From NCBI GenBank assembly GCA_021792095.1, contig JAJYVH010000001.1:225584-289583 (forward strand): a stretch of 64,000 bases of DNA, given 5' to 3'. The stretch comes from Candidatus Micrarchaeota archaeon. GTDB lineage: Archaea > Micrarchaeota > Micrarchaeia > Micrarchaeales > CABMGC01. Made by a program: the position numbers and the translations under genes. A model generated the notes under the pieces. The model did not search any database, was not told where the DNA came from, and was given only the letters and a program-made list of their open reading frames with translations. Of the stretch, positions 17,527-25,819 are shown piece by piece (position 1 is the first letter of the stretch; each line of letters starts with the position of its first letter).

Positions 17527-17709
17527 CTACTTCCTGTCTGCCCAGAGCCAGACGAGAGCGGCCAGGAATATGATTATGCCTAGCGCTTCTGGCACAGCTG
17601 CTCCCGCACTGAAAGCGATGTACGTCCAGTACAGGTCGAGCACCACCACTATGATGCCCGTTATCCAGCTTACTGTGTGCTTCGTGTCCATTGCCATTCC
17701 ACCTTGCAA
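17527..17709 (-). CDS. small membrane protein (two predicted TM helices)
   Basis: 60 aa. WITGIIVVVLDLYWTYIAF and LGIIIFLAALVWLW hydrophobic segments. Confidence 0.4.
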   Translation of the reverse strand: MQGGMAMDTKHTVSWITGIIVVVLDLYWTYIAFSAGAAVPEALGIIIFLAALVWLWADRK

Positions 17710-18018
17710 TACCGCTAGCGTGCAATGCTTAAAAACGTTGCTGGGAAGTCGCGTATATTACATGCGCAACCGGGGCGGTTCAGAAGGTAAGCACAGTAAA
17801 CCCTTCCCTAGAGTACCTCGAGAATGAGTCCCTTGCGAACTCCAGCCCTATATCGAATCTTTTTGCGTTCTCTTCGAGCCCCCACACCTTTGCTTCTGCA
17901 GGGCACAGTTTTATGTCTGTGCGAACTGGATTAGTTAAGTGCAATCCTTCTAGGGCTTGGCGCTAAAACTACGTTAGAAAAAGGGATATTTGAACGACTT
18001 ATACATGACCCCCGGCAC

Positions 18019-18096
18019 TTGGTGCTCCCACCGGGATTTGAACCCGGGTTGCAGGGTTGAAAGCCCTATGTCCTTGGCCGGACTAGACGATGGGAG
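18019..18096 (-). tRNA. tRNA-Glu (UUC) with genomically encoded 3' CCA
   Basis: Reverse strand GCTCCCA-TC-GTCT...GGAC-A-TAGGG-CTTTCAA-CCCTG-CAAC-CCGGG-TTCAAAT-CCCGG-TGGGAGC-A-CCA. Confidence 0.88.
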
Positions 18097-18140
18097 CCGA
18101 AGCTAATCCTCTCCCTGATTATATATTGCTTATCCTTGCC

Positions 18141-18755
18141 CTACCGTCTCGCCAGGAACTTGGCCGCCACCTGCTGCACTTCCTCGCCCACATCATCAGG
18201 GCTCTGCTCCGCGTTTATTATCTTGAAGTTGAAGCGCTTCGCCAGGTTTAGGTACGCCTTCCTCACGCTGTTGAGCGCGTCCGCCTTCTCGAAGAGCTCG
18301 CGTTTCTCCCTGCCGTTCGCAATCCTCTTCATGGACACGTCAGGGCTCATGTCGAGGAACAGGGTGAGGTCCGGCATGCGGAACGCCCTGTTGACGTTGA
18401 AGAGCCAGTGCGTGTCCACACCTGCGGCGAACCCGTACGCGAGCGTGGAGAACAGATACCTGTCGCACACCACTATCCTGCCGTCCCTTATGGCAGGCTC
18501 TATCTCGTCCTCAAGGTGCTTCGCCCTGTCAGCGCAGAAAAGAAGCTGCAGCGACTTGAACGAAGTCTTCCAGTCCTGCTTCAGCGCCTCCTTTATCATG
18601 CCGCCTATGAGCCCGTTGGTGGGCTCCTTGGTAAGCAGCGTCCTTCTCCCGTGCTTCCTCAGGTACAGCTCGAGGCGCTCAGCCTGCGTGGATATCCCCG
18701 AGCCGTCAAGGCCCTCGAAAACTATGAATGCTCCACGCTTCACCGAAATACCCAC
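18141..18755 (-). CDS. tmk: thymidylate kinase
   Basis: 204 aa. P-loop FIVFEGLDGSGISTQ, TKEPT..., DRY motif CDRYLFSTLAY. TTTAAAAA at about 18779-18786 lies 24-31 nt upstream of the ATG. Confidence 0.88.
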   Translation of the reverse strand: MGISVKRGAFIVFEGLDGSGISTQAERLELYLRKHGRRTLLTKEPTNGLIGGMIKEALKQDWKTSFKSLQLLFCADRAKHLEDEIEPAIRDGRIVVCDRYLFSTLAYGFAAGVDTHWLFNVNRAFRMPDLTLFLDMSPDVSMKRIANGREKRELFEKADALNSVRKAYLNLAKRFNFKIINAEQSPDDVGEEVQQVAAKFLARR

Positions 18756-18869
18756 TTCCGTAGCTACTGGAGCTTATACTTTAAAAAGAGTGCGCTGGGG
18801 CCGACCGCGTGGGCGCGGTTTACTTCAGGTTACCGTTCAGGGGCTAGGTTTGATAATGCTGCCATTCGA

Positions 18870-19436
18870 TTGCTCTGGGGTGAATGCACGATACTTTCAG
18901 ATTTCGACCTGAAGAGCTACATAAGCGACGGAAGGCTGGTGGTGAAGCCTTTCGACGAGAGCATAGTCCGCGAGAACGGCATAGACCTTAGGGTGGGCGA
19001 CGAGATAGCAGTAAGGAATGATTCGCTGGGCAGCGATTTCGTAATGGACCCCTACGACGAAAGCAGCGTAAGGGATGCGTATGTGGTGAAGAAGGGCCTG
19101 CAGGAGTTCGCGGTGCCGCGCATGACGCAGATACTCATGGTCACCAAAGAGTACCTCGAGCTGCCTGACAACCTCATGGGCTTCGTAGAGCTCAGGAGCA
19201 CGTGGTGCAGGCACGGCATAAGTGTGCCGCCCTCTATAATAGATGCTGGCTTCAGGGGCACAATAACGCTAGAGGTGATAAACAACGGGCCCTATCCCTT
19301 GAAGCTGAAGGCGGGCACGAGGTTCGCACACGTGATTTTTGCCACGACGCTCAACAGGGTCAAGAACGCTTACTCGGGGAGCTACCTGGGGCAGCTGGGC
19401 GTGAGGCCTCCGAAAGTGGCCGAGAACCCGGAATAG
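18870..19436 (+). CDS. dcd: dCTP deaminase / dUTPase-family protein
   Basis: The C-terminal 188 aa of track ORF 18408..19436 (the rest is antisense to tmk). ILSDFDLKSYISDGRLVVKPF...GIDLRVGDE..., LRSTWCRHGISVPPSIIDAGFRGTITLEV. Start assigned to the in-frame TTG at 18870. Confidence 0.8.
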   Translation: MLWGECTILSDFDLKSYISDGRLVVKPFDESIVRENGIDLRVGDEIAVRNDSLGSDFVMDPYDESSVRDAYVVKKGLQEFAVPRMTQILMVTKEYLELPDNLMGFVELRSTWCRHGISVPPSIIDAGFRGTITLEVINNGPYPLKLKAGTRFAHVIFATTLNRVKNAYSGSYLGQLGVRPPKVAENPE

Positions 19437-19473
19437 TGGCACCGCTGGGGGCCGGTATTGCTTTTTTGCGAGC

Positions 19474-19749
19474 CTACCTGGAAAGGTCGCTTACCTCTTC
19501 CTTGCTTGTCTCCTGCACCCTTGAAGGAGCTGATACGAGCACCACGTCGCCGACGTTCTTCACGCTCTTGTAGAGCACGCTCTTCTGCATGAGCATCTTC
19601 TTCACGTCGCCGCGCATGCCCTTCATCGGCATCATCAGGAGCCTGCTCACTTCTCCCTTCTCCAGGTCGAGTATCACATCCTGTACCTCGCCTAGGTACT
19701 CTCCAGAATCGCTGTAAATATCCATCCTGTATATTTCAGATATCTTCAT
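19474..19749 (-). CDS. PRC-barrel domain protein
   Basis: 91 aa. MDIYSDSGEYLGEVQDVILDLEKGEVSRLLM pattern. A paralogue lies at 59258..59491. Confidence 0.6.
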   Translation of the reverse strand: MKISEIYRMDIYSDSGEYLGEVQDVILDLEKGEVSRLLMMPMKGMRGDVKKMLMQKSVLYKSVKNVGDVVLVSAPSRVQETSKEEVSDLSR

Positions 19750-19857
19750 CCTAACGCCTTTGTCGCCACTGAACTATGCAAAGCGCATATTAAAAATTGT
19801 TTCCTAAACGGCGTTATCGTCCCCTATTATGCCAAATAGGCGGTTTCCGTCGCAAAA

Positions 19858-21015
19858 TCAGGGCTGCATCCACTCTATCTCGAAGTAGTCGTTCGCGCTG
19901 CCGCGCAGCCTGACCCTGTTGACCTTGTAGTACGTTACCGCCGTTTCCCTGTCGGCTATCGCGAGCAGGAGCCCCAACCCGAGCCGCTGCGCTTCCTTTA
20001 TGGCCCCAGCCAGCTCCCTGCCGCCAAGGTACTCCTCCTCCCCCAGCGAAAGCATCGCGAATGCAGGCCTGCCGCCGACTGGCGTATCCGCTTCGCCCCC
20101 GTGCCTGTAGTACAGCGCGAAGTCGATGGGCTTGCGCGACGCTGCCGATGCGCCTGGAATCGCGAGTATGAATGTCTTCCTCACCGAATGCGCCACCCTT
20201 ATCGCCCTGGCCCACTCCGATATCAGGGCGCGCGACGATTTGTCGAACACCTGTATGACGTGCCTCGAGTGCGACCATTCGGCGTTGCCCGCTTCGCCTG
20301 GCCTGGCGCCAGGCATGTAGAGCCTGAAGTGCGTGCCGAACTTGAAGCCTGTCTTGACCACGTAGCCCCGCCTCCTCCAGTCGGCATACACTGCGTAGAG
20401 GCTCGGGAACTCCCTGCGTCGCTCAGCCGCATAGGCCACGAGCCTGCCCCTGGTCACGTTCCTGAGGTAAAGAGCTCCCGAATCCAGCAGGAAGAGCGTC
20501 TCGTAGGCGTCGAGCTTGTTCATGCACCCTATGCCTGGCGCCTTGTAGGAACCGTACTGGCCGAACCACAGCTTCTCGTAGAGCTCCTTGCTAGCCTTAT
20601 TGTCGTCGAGCACCGACACGAGGTCGTTCTTGAAGAAAGTGCCCGTGAACATGGCTCTCGGCAGCCTGAATTTGGCCGCCGGGTACTCTCCGGCCTTTGC
20701 GAGCGTCTTGCTCCGGCGCACCGTGTCTGCATAGGCGGCCACTAGGCCGCGGCTGCGCCAGTCCCTGTAGGTGAAATAGCGCGCCATGAACTTGGGAGAG
20801 CGCCAATACCTTGACGCGAACTCGTTGAACGAGAGCCGCTTAGCGCCAGAGCCGAGGGTCGCATTCCGCACATCCATAAGGTAGAGAGCCTCCTCCGGGC
20901 GGAGCTCGAGGACGCCATTCCTTTGCCTTCCGTAGAATCCGCGGATCAGCGCGTCCTTTGTGGACGGGTCGGAGACGACAACGCCGCCGCTGCGCGTTAG
21001 CTCGAGTTGCAGCAC
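19858..21015 (-). CDS. endA: tRNA-splicing endonuclease, single-chain multi-unit form
   Basis: 385 aa. Catalytic unit YADWRRRGYVVKTGFKFGTHFRLY...SHSRHVIQV...RVAHSVRK (Tyr/His/Lys triad context), preceded by two N-domain-like segments (GFYGRQRNGVLELRPEEALYLMD; WFGQYG...LDAYETLFLLD) and a degenerate YRDWRSRGLV unit. An extra C-terminal unit follows (about 90 aa). Confidence 0.85.
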   Translation of the reverse strand: MLQLELTRSGGVVVSDPSTKDALIRGFYGRQRNGVLELRPEEALYLMDVRNATLGSGAKRLSFNEFASRYWRSPKFMARYFTYRDWRSRGLVAAYADTVRRSKTLAKAGEYPAAKFRLPRAMFTGTFFKNDLVSVLDDNKASKELYEKLWFGQYGSYKAPGIGCMNKLDAYETLFLLDSGALYLRNVTRGRLVAYAAERRREFPSLYAVYADWRRRGYVVKTGFKFGTHFRLYMPGARPGEAGNAEWSHSRHVIQVFDKSSRALISEWARAIRVAHSVRKTFILAIPGASAASRKPIDFALYYRHGGEADTPVGGRPAFAMLSLGEEEYLGGRELAGAIKEAQRLGLGLLLAIADRETAVTYYKVNRVRLRGSANDYFEIEWMQP

Positions 21016-21101
21016 GTTAACACAGGTATGCCTTGCTTTTGAAGTTTTATAAGCTGCTGCGGCAGCTTAATAAGTTTGAAGCATTTCACATAGTTGTTTC
21101 G

Positions 21102-22106
21102 ATGGAACGCGGCGGGCTGAGCAGGAGGATAGCCAGGGCGAGGGCCGTTGTGCTGACGATACTGGGCCTCAGCGCAATAATGTTCATAGTGATAGCGGCG
21201 CTCGCCATGATAAACGAGGGGCCAGAGAAGTTCCTCTCCACTCTGGCTTCGGTTAACGTGACTTACTTTGCAGCAGCGCTGGCGTGCGTCTTCGCGAGCA
21301 CTGTAGTGGGCTTCCCTAAATGGAGCATGTTCGTGAGCAAGCTGGGCGTGCACATACCTGTTTCCAAGAATTTCGCAATCTACCAGTCGATGTTCTCCAT
21401 GGACATAACGCCAGGCAGGTGGGGGAGGGGCGTGGTCTCATACACGCTCAACAGGCTCACCGGGGTGAAGTTCGGCAAGACGTTCCCCGCAGTCGTGGCC
21501 GACATATTCACCGACTTCCTGGGGTTCATTGCCCTGTCTTTTGTCGCTGCGTTCCTGGTGCACACGTACACGATAGTGTCCGTAGTCATCGCGGTGCTGC
21601 TGCTCCTACCGTTCATCTTCATATACGCCAGGACGCCGTACGAGTGGATCAAAGGCAAGCTGCAGCACAGGAAGCTCTGGAAGAAGATATTCGGCGTGGG
21701 CGACCTATACTTCAAGAGCAGCAGGTCGCTGGATGTGGGCACATACGCATACGCGATGCTGTTCACCATACCCTCGGTGGCGCTCTTGGGGCTGGCGCTC
21801 TACCTCATCATAGCGTCTTTCGGCATACCACTCACCCTGGACCTGTTCCCCACTGTCGTCTTCATATACACTTCATCGCTCCTGCTCGGGATGGTTACAG
21901 GAGCGCCAGGCGCCCTCGGGATAAGCGACGCTGCGATGATAGGCTACCTAGTGGCGTTCCTGACCCCTTACGGACTCACGTTCGGGATTGCGGCCGCAGT
22001 GGTGATAATGTTCAGGATAGCGAGCATGTGGTTTGCGGAAGGGGTGAGCTCGGCCTTCCTCATGTACACCTTCAGGTACTGGGACACTAAGGGGCGCATA
22101 TCCTAG
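21102..22106 (+). CDS. UPF0104 / lysylphosphatidylglycerol-synthase-TM-region-like membrane protein
   Basis: Polytopic. ...DITPGRWGRGVV... and C-terminal GMVTGAPGALGISDAAMIGYL resemble the family pattern. ATG 21102 is preferred (TTTTATAAG at 21046-21054 lies inside the longer track ORF). Confidence 0.55.
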   Translation: MERGGLSRRIARARAVVLTILGLSAIMFIVIAALAMINEGPEKFLSTLASVNVTYFAAALACVFASTVVGFPKWSMFVSKLGVHIPVSKNFAIYQSMFSMDITPGRWGRGVVSYTLNRLTGVKFGKTFPAVVADIFTDFLGFIALSFVAAFLVHTYTIVSVVIAVLLLLPFIFIYARTPYEWIKGKLQHRKLWKKIFGVGDLYFKSSRSLDVGTYAYAMLFTIPSVALLGLALYLIIASFGIPLTLDLFPTVVFIYTSSLLLGMVTGAPGALGISDAAMIGYLVAFLTPYGLTFGIAAAVVIMFRIASMWFAEGVSSAFLMYTFRYWDTKGRIS

Positions 22107-22860
22107 ACAGGCTCTCTTCCTCAGCGAAACTGGTCTTGCCAGGAAACACGAGCGCGAGCATCTTGCCGTCCTGCTGCCCCGCAGCGCCCGAGTCCAGGTC
22201 GCCTATGCTTGTGCAGATCACGCGCGCGCCCTCCCTGGCCGCATTCGCTACGAGCACTACCCTGGTGCCAGCGCCCATGTTGCTTTTGGGGTTGGCGACG
22301 AGCGCGTCCAGCATTATCTTCTTCGCCTCGCCTGCGCGCATGGGCCTGGCGGTCTTCTGCTCCAGGTCCAGCAACGCGAGCGTGTGCTGCCCAGCCTCCA
22401 GGTTCCTGCTTATCAGGTCCAGGAACGAGACTGGCTTGTAATTATCGTGCCAGAGCGGGATAGTGGCGGTGGGGCCGAACTTGTATACGTCCAAGCCGCT
22501 CTCTCCTATCGCCACGGAGAAGATGGAAGGCGCGTGCGCCACCCTTGTCCCTATCCCCTGCGCCTTGGCCTCGTCCAGCAGTATGCTGTGCGTGGTGGCG
22601 ATCAGGGGGTCTCCGGGAACCAGTATGGCCACATCCTTGTCTTTTGCCAGAGCCACCGTGCTTTTTGCGCGCTCCTCCAGGTCGCCGCGCGATAGCAACC
22701 GTATCTTCTTCCCTGTCTGAGCCTCCAGCCACTCCATATAGCCTTCGGGAAGGCGCGCCGTGTACTCCTCGGAGAGCAGCAGATCGCAACCCTTCGCGAG
22801 TTCCATCGCCAGTGACGAGATGTCCCCTTTCCCGAGCCCCAGACCAAGCAAAAACAACAT
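22087..22860 (-). CDS. dph5: diphthine synthase
   Basis: 257 aa. MLFLLGLGLG...VAILVPGDPLIATTHSILLDEAKAQGI...HAPSIFSVAIGESGLDVYKFG. Confidence 0.88.
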   Translation of the reverse strand: MLFLLGLGLGKGDISSLAMELAKGCDLLLSEEYTARLPEGYMEWLEAQTGKKIRLLSRGDLEERAKSTVALAKDKDVAILVPGDPLIATTHSILLDEAKAQGIGTRVAHAPSIFSVAIGESGLDVYKFGPTATIPLWHDNYKPVSFLDLISRNLEAGQHTLALLDLEQKTARPMRAGEAKKIMLDALVANPKSNMGAGTRVVLVANAAREGARVICTSIGDLDSGAAGQQDGKMLALVFPGKTSFAEEESLSRICAP

Positions 22861-22989
22861 GCAAGCACCGATTGCCGATTGCCAGATTCGCTATGCGCAG
22901 CATGCCTCCAAAATCCCTGATTGACCGGAGGCAGCCACTGGCCGCATCCCTCGCCTTCCAGACAGAGCCGCTATTCCCATGGCACCATG

Positions 22990-23964
22990 CTAGTCCTTTA
23001 TGCCATCTGGCGTTATCTTCACAACTGTCTCGCCCTCCGGCATGCTTGGCGAATCCACGAGCCTGATTATGCGCTTCTCCTCCTTGCTCTTGCGTATGTA
23101 GAGCCGGGTCGTTGCCGCGTGCGCCACCACGTTGCCGCCCACCGGAGTAGTGGGGTCCCCGAAAAGCATCCCAGGGTTGTCCATAACCTGATTGGTTATG
23201 TACACAGCGAGCGAGTACATGTCAGCGAGACGCTGGAGCTTGTGTATGTGTGCGTTGAGCTTCTGCTGCCTCTCGTTCAGCGCGCCCCTCCCTATGAACT
23301 CGGACCTGAACAGCGCCATCAGGGAGTCGACTATTATAAGTTTTATGCCTTTCTCGCGCACCAGCTTGTCGGCGCGTTCGGCAGTTAGTATCTGCTGGTC
23401 CGTGCTTGTGACCCTGCTGAGGTATATGTTGTCCAGCACCTTCTTCGCATCCATACCCTGGGCCTTGGCAATCGCCTCTATGCGCTCCGGCCTGAACGTG
23501 CCCTCGGTGTCCAGGAAAAGGACGCTTCCGTCAAGGCCGCCCTTGCCAACTGGTTTCTGCACGTTGACCGCGAGCTGGAAGCCGATCTGCGTCTTGCCGC
23601 TAGCGAAGCGCCCGTAGACCTCGGTTATGCCGTTGGTCTCCACCCCGCCCCCAAGCAGCTCGTCGAACCCCGGGGCTCCGGTAGATATCCTGCCTATCGC
23701 TTTCCTCTTCTCCAGGGCATCAGTGCCCGTCTGCACCTCGATGTTCGTGGCTTCCTTGGCCGCATCCACCGCCTTCTTGGCGTTCTCAGCGCTTATCCCA
23801 AGGAGCTCCGAAAGCTCGTACGGCGACGCAGTGGCGACCTTTTCCAGGGTAGCATAGCCGGAGTTCCTCAGCTTCTCGGCCATGGTTGGCCCTATGCCCG
23901 GAAGGTCCTCGAGTTCCTTAACGCTTTTGTCCTTGGCCAAAGAAACCCCTTGGGAATAGCTCAT
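22990..23964 (-). CDS. radA: DNA repair and recombination protein RadA
   Basis: 324 aa. HhH N-domain LEDLPGIGPTMAEKLRNSGY, Walker A EVYGRFASGKTQ, Walker B KLIIVDSLMALFR. Confidence 0.93.
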   Translation of the reverse strand: MSYSQGVSLAKDKSVKELEDLPGIGPTMAEKLRNSGYATLEKVATASPYELSELLGISAENAKKAVDAAKEATNIEVQTGTDALEKRKAIGRISTGAPGFDELLGGGVETNGITEVYGRFASGKTQIGFQLAVNVQKPVGKGGLDGSVLFLDTEGTFRPERIEAIAKAQGMDAKKVLDNIYLSRVTSTDQQILTAERADKLVREKGIKLIIVDSLMALFRSEFIGRGALNERQQKLNAHIHKLQRLADMYSLAVYITNQVMDNPGMLFGDPTTPVGGNVVAHAATTRLYIRKSKEEKRIIRLVDSPSMPEGETVVKITPDGIKD

Positions 23965-24006
23965 ATCAAACTTTAATAGTTTCCGCAGGGCGCCCGATAG
24001 GTTGGG

Positions 24007-24013
24007 TATTTAA
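24007..24013 (-). promoter_or_regulatory. TATA-like box (TTAAATA on the reverse strand) upstream of radA, flanked by TTCCGCAG direct repeats
   Basis: About 46 nt upstream of the radA ATG (23964). Identical octamers TTCCGCAG lie at 23981-23988 and 24018-24025. Confidence 0.4.
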
Positions 24014-24188
24014 CTGCTTCCGCAGCATTAACGCTCGATGGCTCTTAAGGAAAAGGCCAGCATGCAGATGCATGCTGGCAAGGCGACCAGTTTCATACAT
24101 CCCCACAGTAGAGGATACGTACGAGAACCTAAGCCATATGTGTTTCTTTAAGCTTAAAAAACTATCTTAATTCCAAAAAGATGGAATA

Positions 24189-24857
24189 ATGAGCGGCATT
24201 TTGACGTTAGACAGGAACGGCGTGATCGCTGCCGTTGCGCTAGGCGTCCTTATACTCACACTGGGCGGAAGCTACGGTGTTTTCTTCCTCCTTGACATGC
24301 TCCTCTTCCTGGCCATGGCCGCGGTGGTCACGAACGTAGGCACTAGGCGGAAGAAGGGCATCGGCGTTTACGAGCGCTCGCGTGGGTGGAGGAACGTGCT
24401 CTCCAACGGCATCGCGCCGCTGGGCATAGTGCTGCTCTACTTCGCCAACCAGTACCTTGGCTTCGCGCAGCCGCAGTTCATAGTTATCGTGTACGTAGCC
24501 AGCGTAGCCGCCATATCCGCGGACAAGTTCGCGAGCGAGCTCGGCGTCCTTGATGGAGAGCCGGTGATGCTGGTGACGCTTAGGCGCGTCAAGAAGGGCA
24601 TGTCTGGCGCAGTCACACCCCTTGGCCTGGCAAGCGGAGCCGTAGCCTCACTGGTCATAGGGCTGAGCCTGCTGGCAATATACGGACTGGCTGCGCTGGT
24701 TCCGGTAGCCGTGGTCATCGTTGCGGGGGTTGTGGGCAACCTGGTGGACTCGCTCTTCGGCTACTGGGAGGAGAACGGAATAGGGAACAAATACACGTCC
24801 AACCTTGCCTGCGCGATAGCGGGCGCTGCAGCCTGCGCCCTGCTGCTTGCGCTCTAG
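24189..24857 (+). CDS. DUF92 (TMEM19-like) integral membrane protein
   Basis: 222 aa polytopic. ...GWRNVLSNGIAP..., AISADKFASELG..., ...KGMSGAVTPLG... match the DUF92 pattern as I remember it. GCTTAAAAAAC lies about 30 nt upstream of the ATG. Confidence 0.55.
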   Translation: MSGILTLDRNGVIAAVALGVLILTLGGSYGVFFLLDMLLFLAMAAVVTNVGTRRKKGIGVYERSRGWRNVLSNGIAPLGIVLLYFANQYLGFAQPQFIVIVYVASVAAISADKFASELGVLDGEPVMLVTLRRVKKGMSGAVTPLGLASGAVASLVIGLSLLAIYGLAALVPVAVVIVAGVVGNLVDSLFGYWEENGIGNKYTSNLACAIAGAAACALLLAL

Positions 24858-24938
24858 GCGGCTACGGCATGCAACGTATGCTTGCTGCCCGCTCCGACAT
24901 GCGAGGCTCGAGCAAGCTGCCCAGATGGAAACGCGACA

Positions 24939-25011
24939 TGCGCACGCCGGGATTTGAACCCGAGTTAGTGCCTTGGGAAGGCACTGTCCTACCAGGCTAG
25001 ACTACGTGCGC
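24939..25011 (-). tRNA. tRNA-Gly (CCC)
   Basis: Reverse strand GCGCACG-TA-GTCT-AGCCTGGTA-GGAC-A-GTGCC-TTCCCAA-GGCAC-TAAC-TCGGG-TTCAAAT-CCCGG-CGTGCGC-A. No CCA encoded. Confidence 0.88.
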
Positions 25012-25036
25012 CCGAAGTGTGGCCGAACCAGCCGAG

Positions 25037-25819
25037 TCACCTTATGTAGCTTGCGGTGTCCTGGGGCCTCCTGTCAGCGCCCTGGCCCGCTGCCCCTTTC
25101 TGCGCGTCCTCGAGCTCCTTCATCAGGCGTTCCGTCTCCGCCTTGAGCTTGTCTATGTCATCGAGCTTTATGTCCATGCCAAGCAGCTTGCCCAATGCCT
25201 GCAGCACTGCCTTGGCAGTATTGGCGTCCACTTCCAGGGCTCCGGTCTCGCCCAGTATGCACGACGCGCGTATCCCGTGCTTCCTTGCGAACGCGACTAT
25301 CATTCCGGCCGAGCCCACCACCGCCATGTTGAGCGAGTCAGTTGGCGTGATGCCGTGCTTCTTCATGTACGCGACCGCCTGCCTGTCGGTCCCGAGGCCG
25401 AAGACCTTGGGACTCTTGACGTACTGCGCTCCGGTGCCGAAGCCGCCTATCGTGTATATCTCGCTGCCGCCCATGAGCTTGAAGAACTCGACTATCTTGT
25501 CGTTGACATCGTACTGCCCCTCCGAAGAGAGCGGCTGCGCGTCGCCGGTGAGCAGGATCACGTCTCTCTTGCCTTTGCCGCGTTTTATGTAGTAGAACCT
25601 GTTCGTTATCATCCTGAAGGCGCCGTTCTTCAGCAGCACTATCTGGTAGGGGAAATGCGGAGAATACAGCGTGGCGAACTTCTTCGCCTTGAACTGGCTC
25701 CTGAGGTGCTCCACCACGAGGCTGCCCACGCTGCCCACTCCGGGCAGGCCCACAACCAGCACGGGCTTGCTGAACTTCATCTTCTTGTAGTAGATCTTCG
25801 TCTCCTTCGCGCTACGCAC
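25037..25819 (-). CDS. PAC2-family proteasome assembly chaperone
   Basis: 260 aa. PVLVVGLPGVGSVGSLVVEHL..., ...ILLTGDAQP..., GFGTG..., VVGSAGMIVAFARKHGI..., with a coiled C-terminus. The start may be ATG 25780. Confidence 0.7.
   Translation of the reverse strand: MRSAKETKIYYKKMKFSKPVLVVGLPGVGSVGSLVVEHLRSQFKAKKFATLYSPHFPYQIVLLKNGAFRMITNRFYYIKRGKGKRDVILLTGDAQPLSSEGQYDVNDKIVEFFKLMGGSEIYTIGGFGTGAQYVKSPKVFGLGTDRQAVAYMKKHGITPTDSLNMAVVGSAGMIVAFARKHGIRASCILGETGALEVDANTAKAVLQALGKLLGMDIKLDDIDKLKAETERLMKELEDAQKGAAGQGADRRPQDTASYIR

Noticed and set aside
18861-18890. Non-canonical ACG/ATA start for dcd, because the family N-terminus M-I-L-S-D aligns with ACG-ATA-CTT-TCA-GAT.
   Set aside because: An in-frame TTG at 18870 only six codons upstream provides a canonical start with a short, harmless extension. 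This differs from the aIF2-alpha case, where no canonical codon is available.
21046-21080. Palindrome TTATAAGCTGC-TGCG-GCAGCTTAATAA between endA and the UPF0104 gene, considered as an operator.
   Set aside because: It is essentially two divergent TATA-like boxes joined by a 7-bp inverted repeat. That is plausible as a bidirectional promoter, and nothing further can be supported without comparative data.
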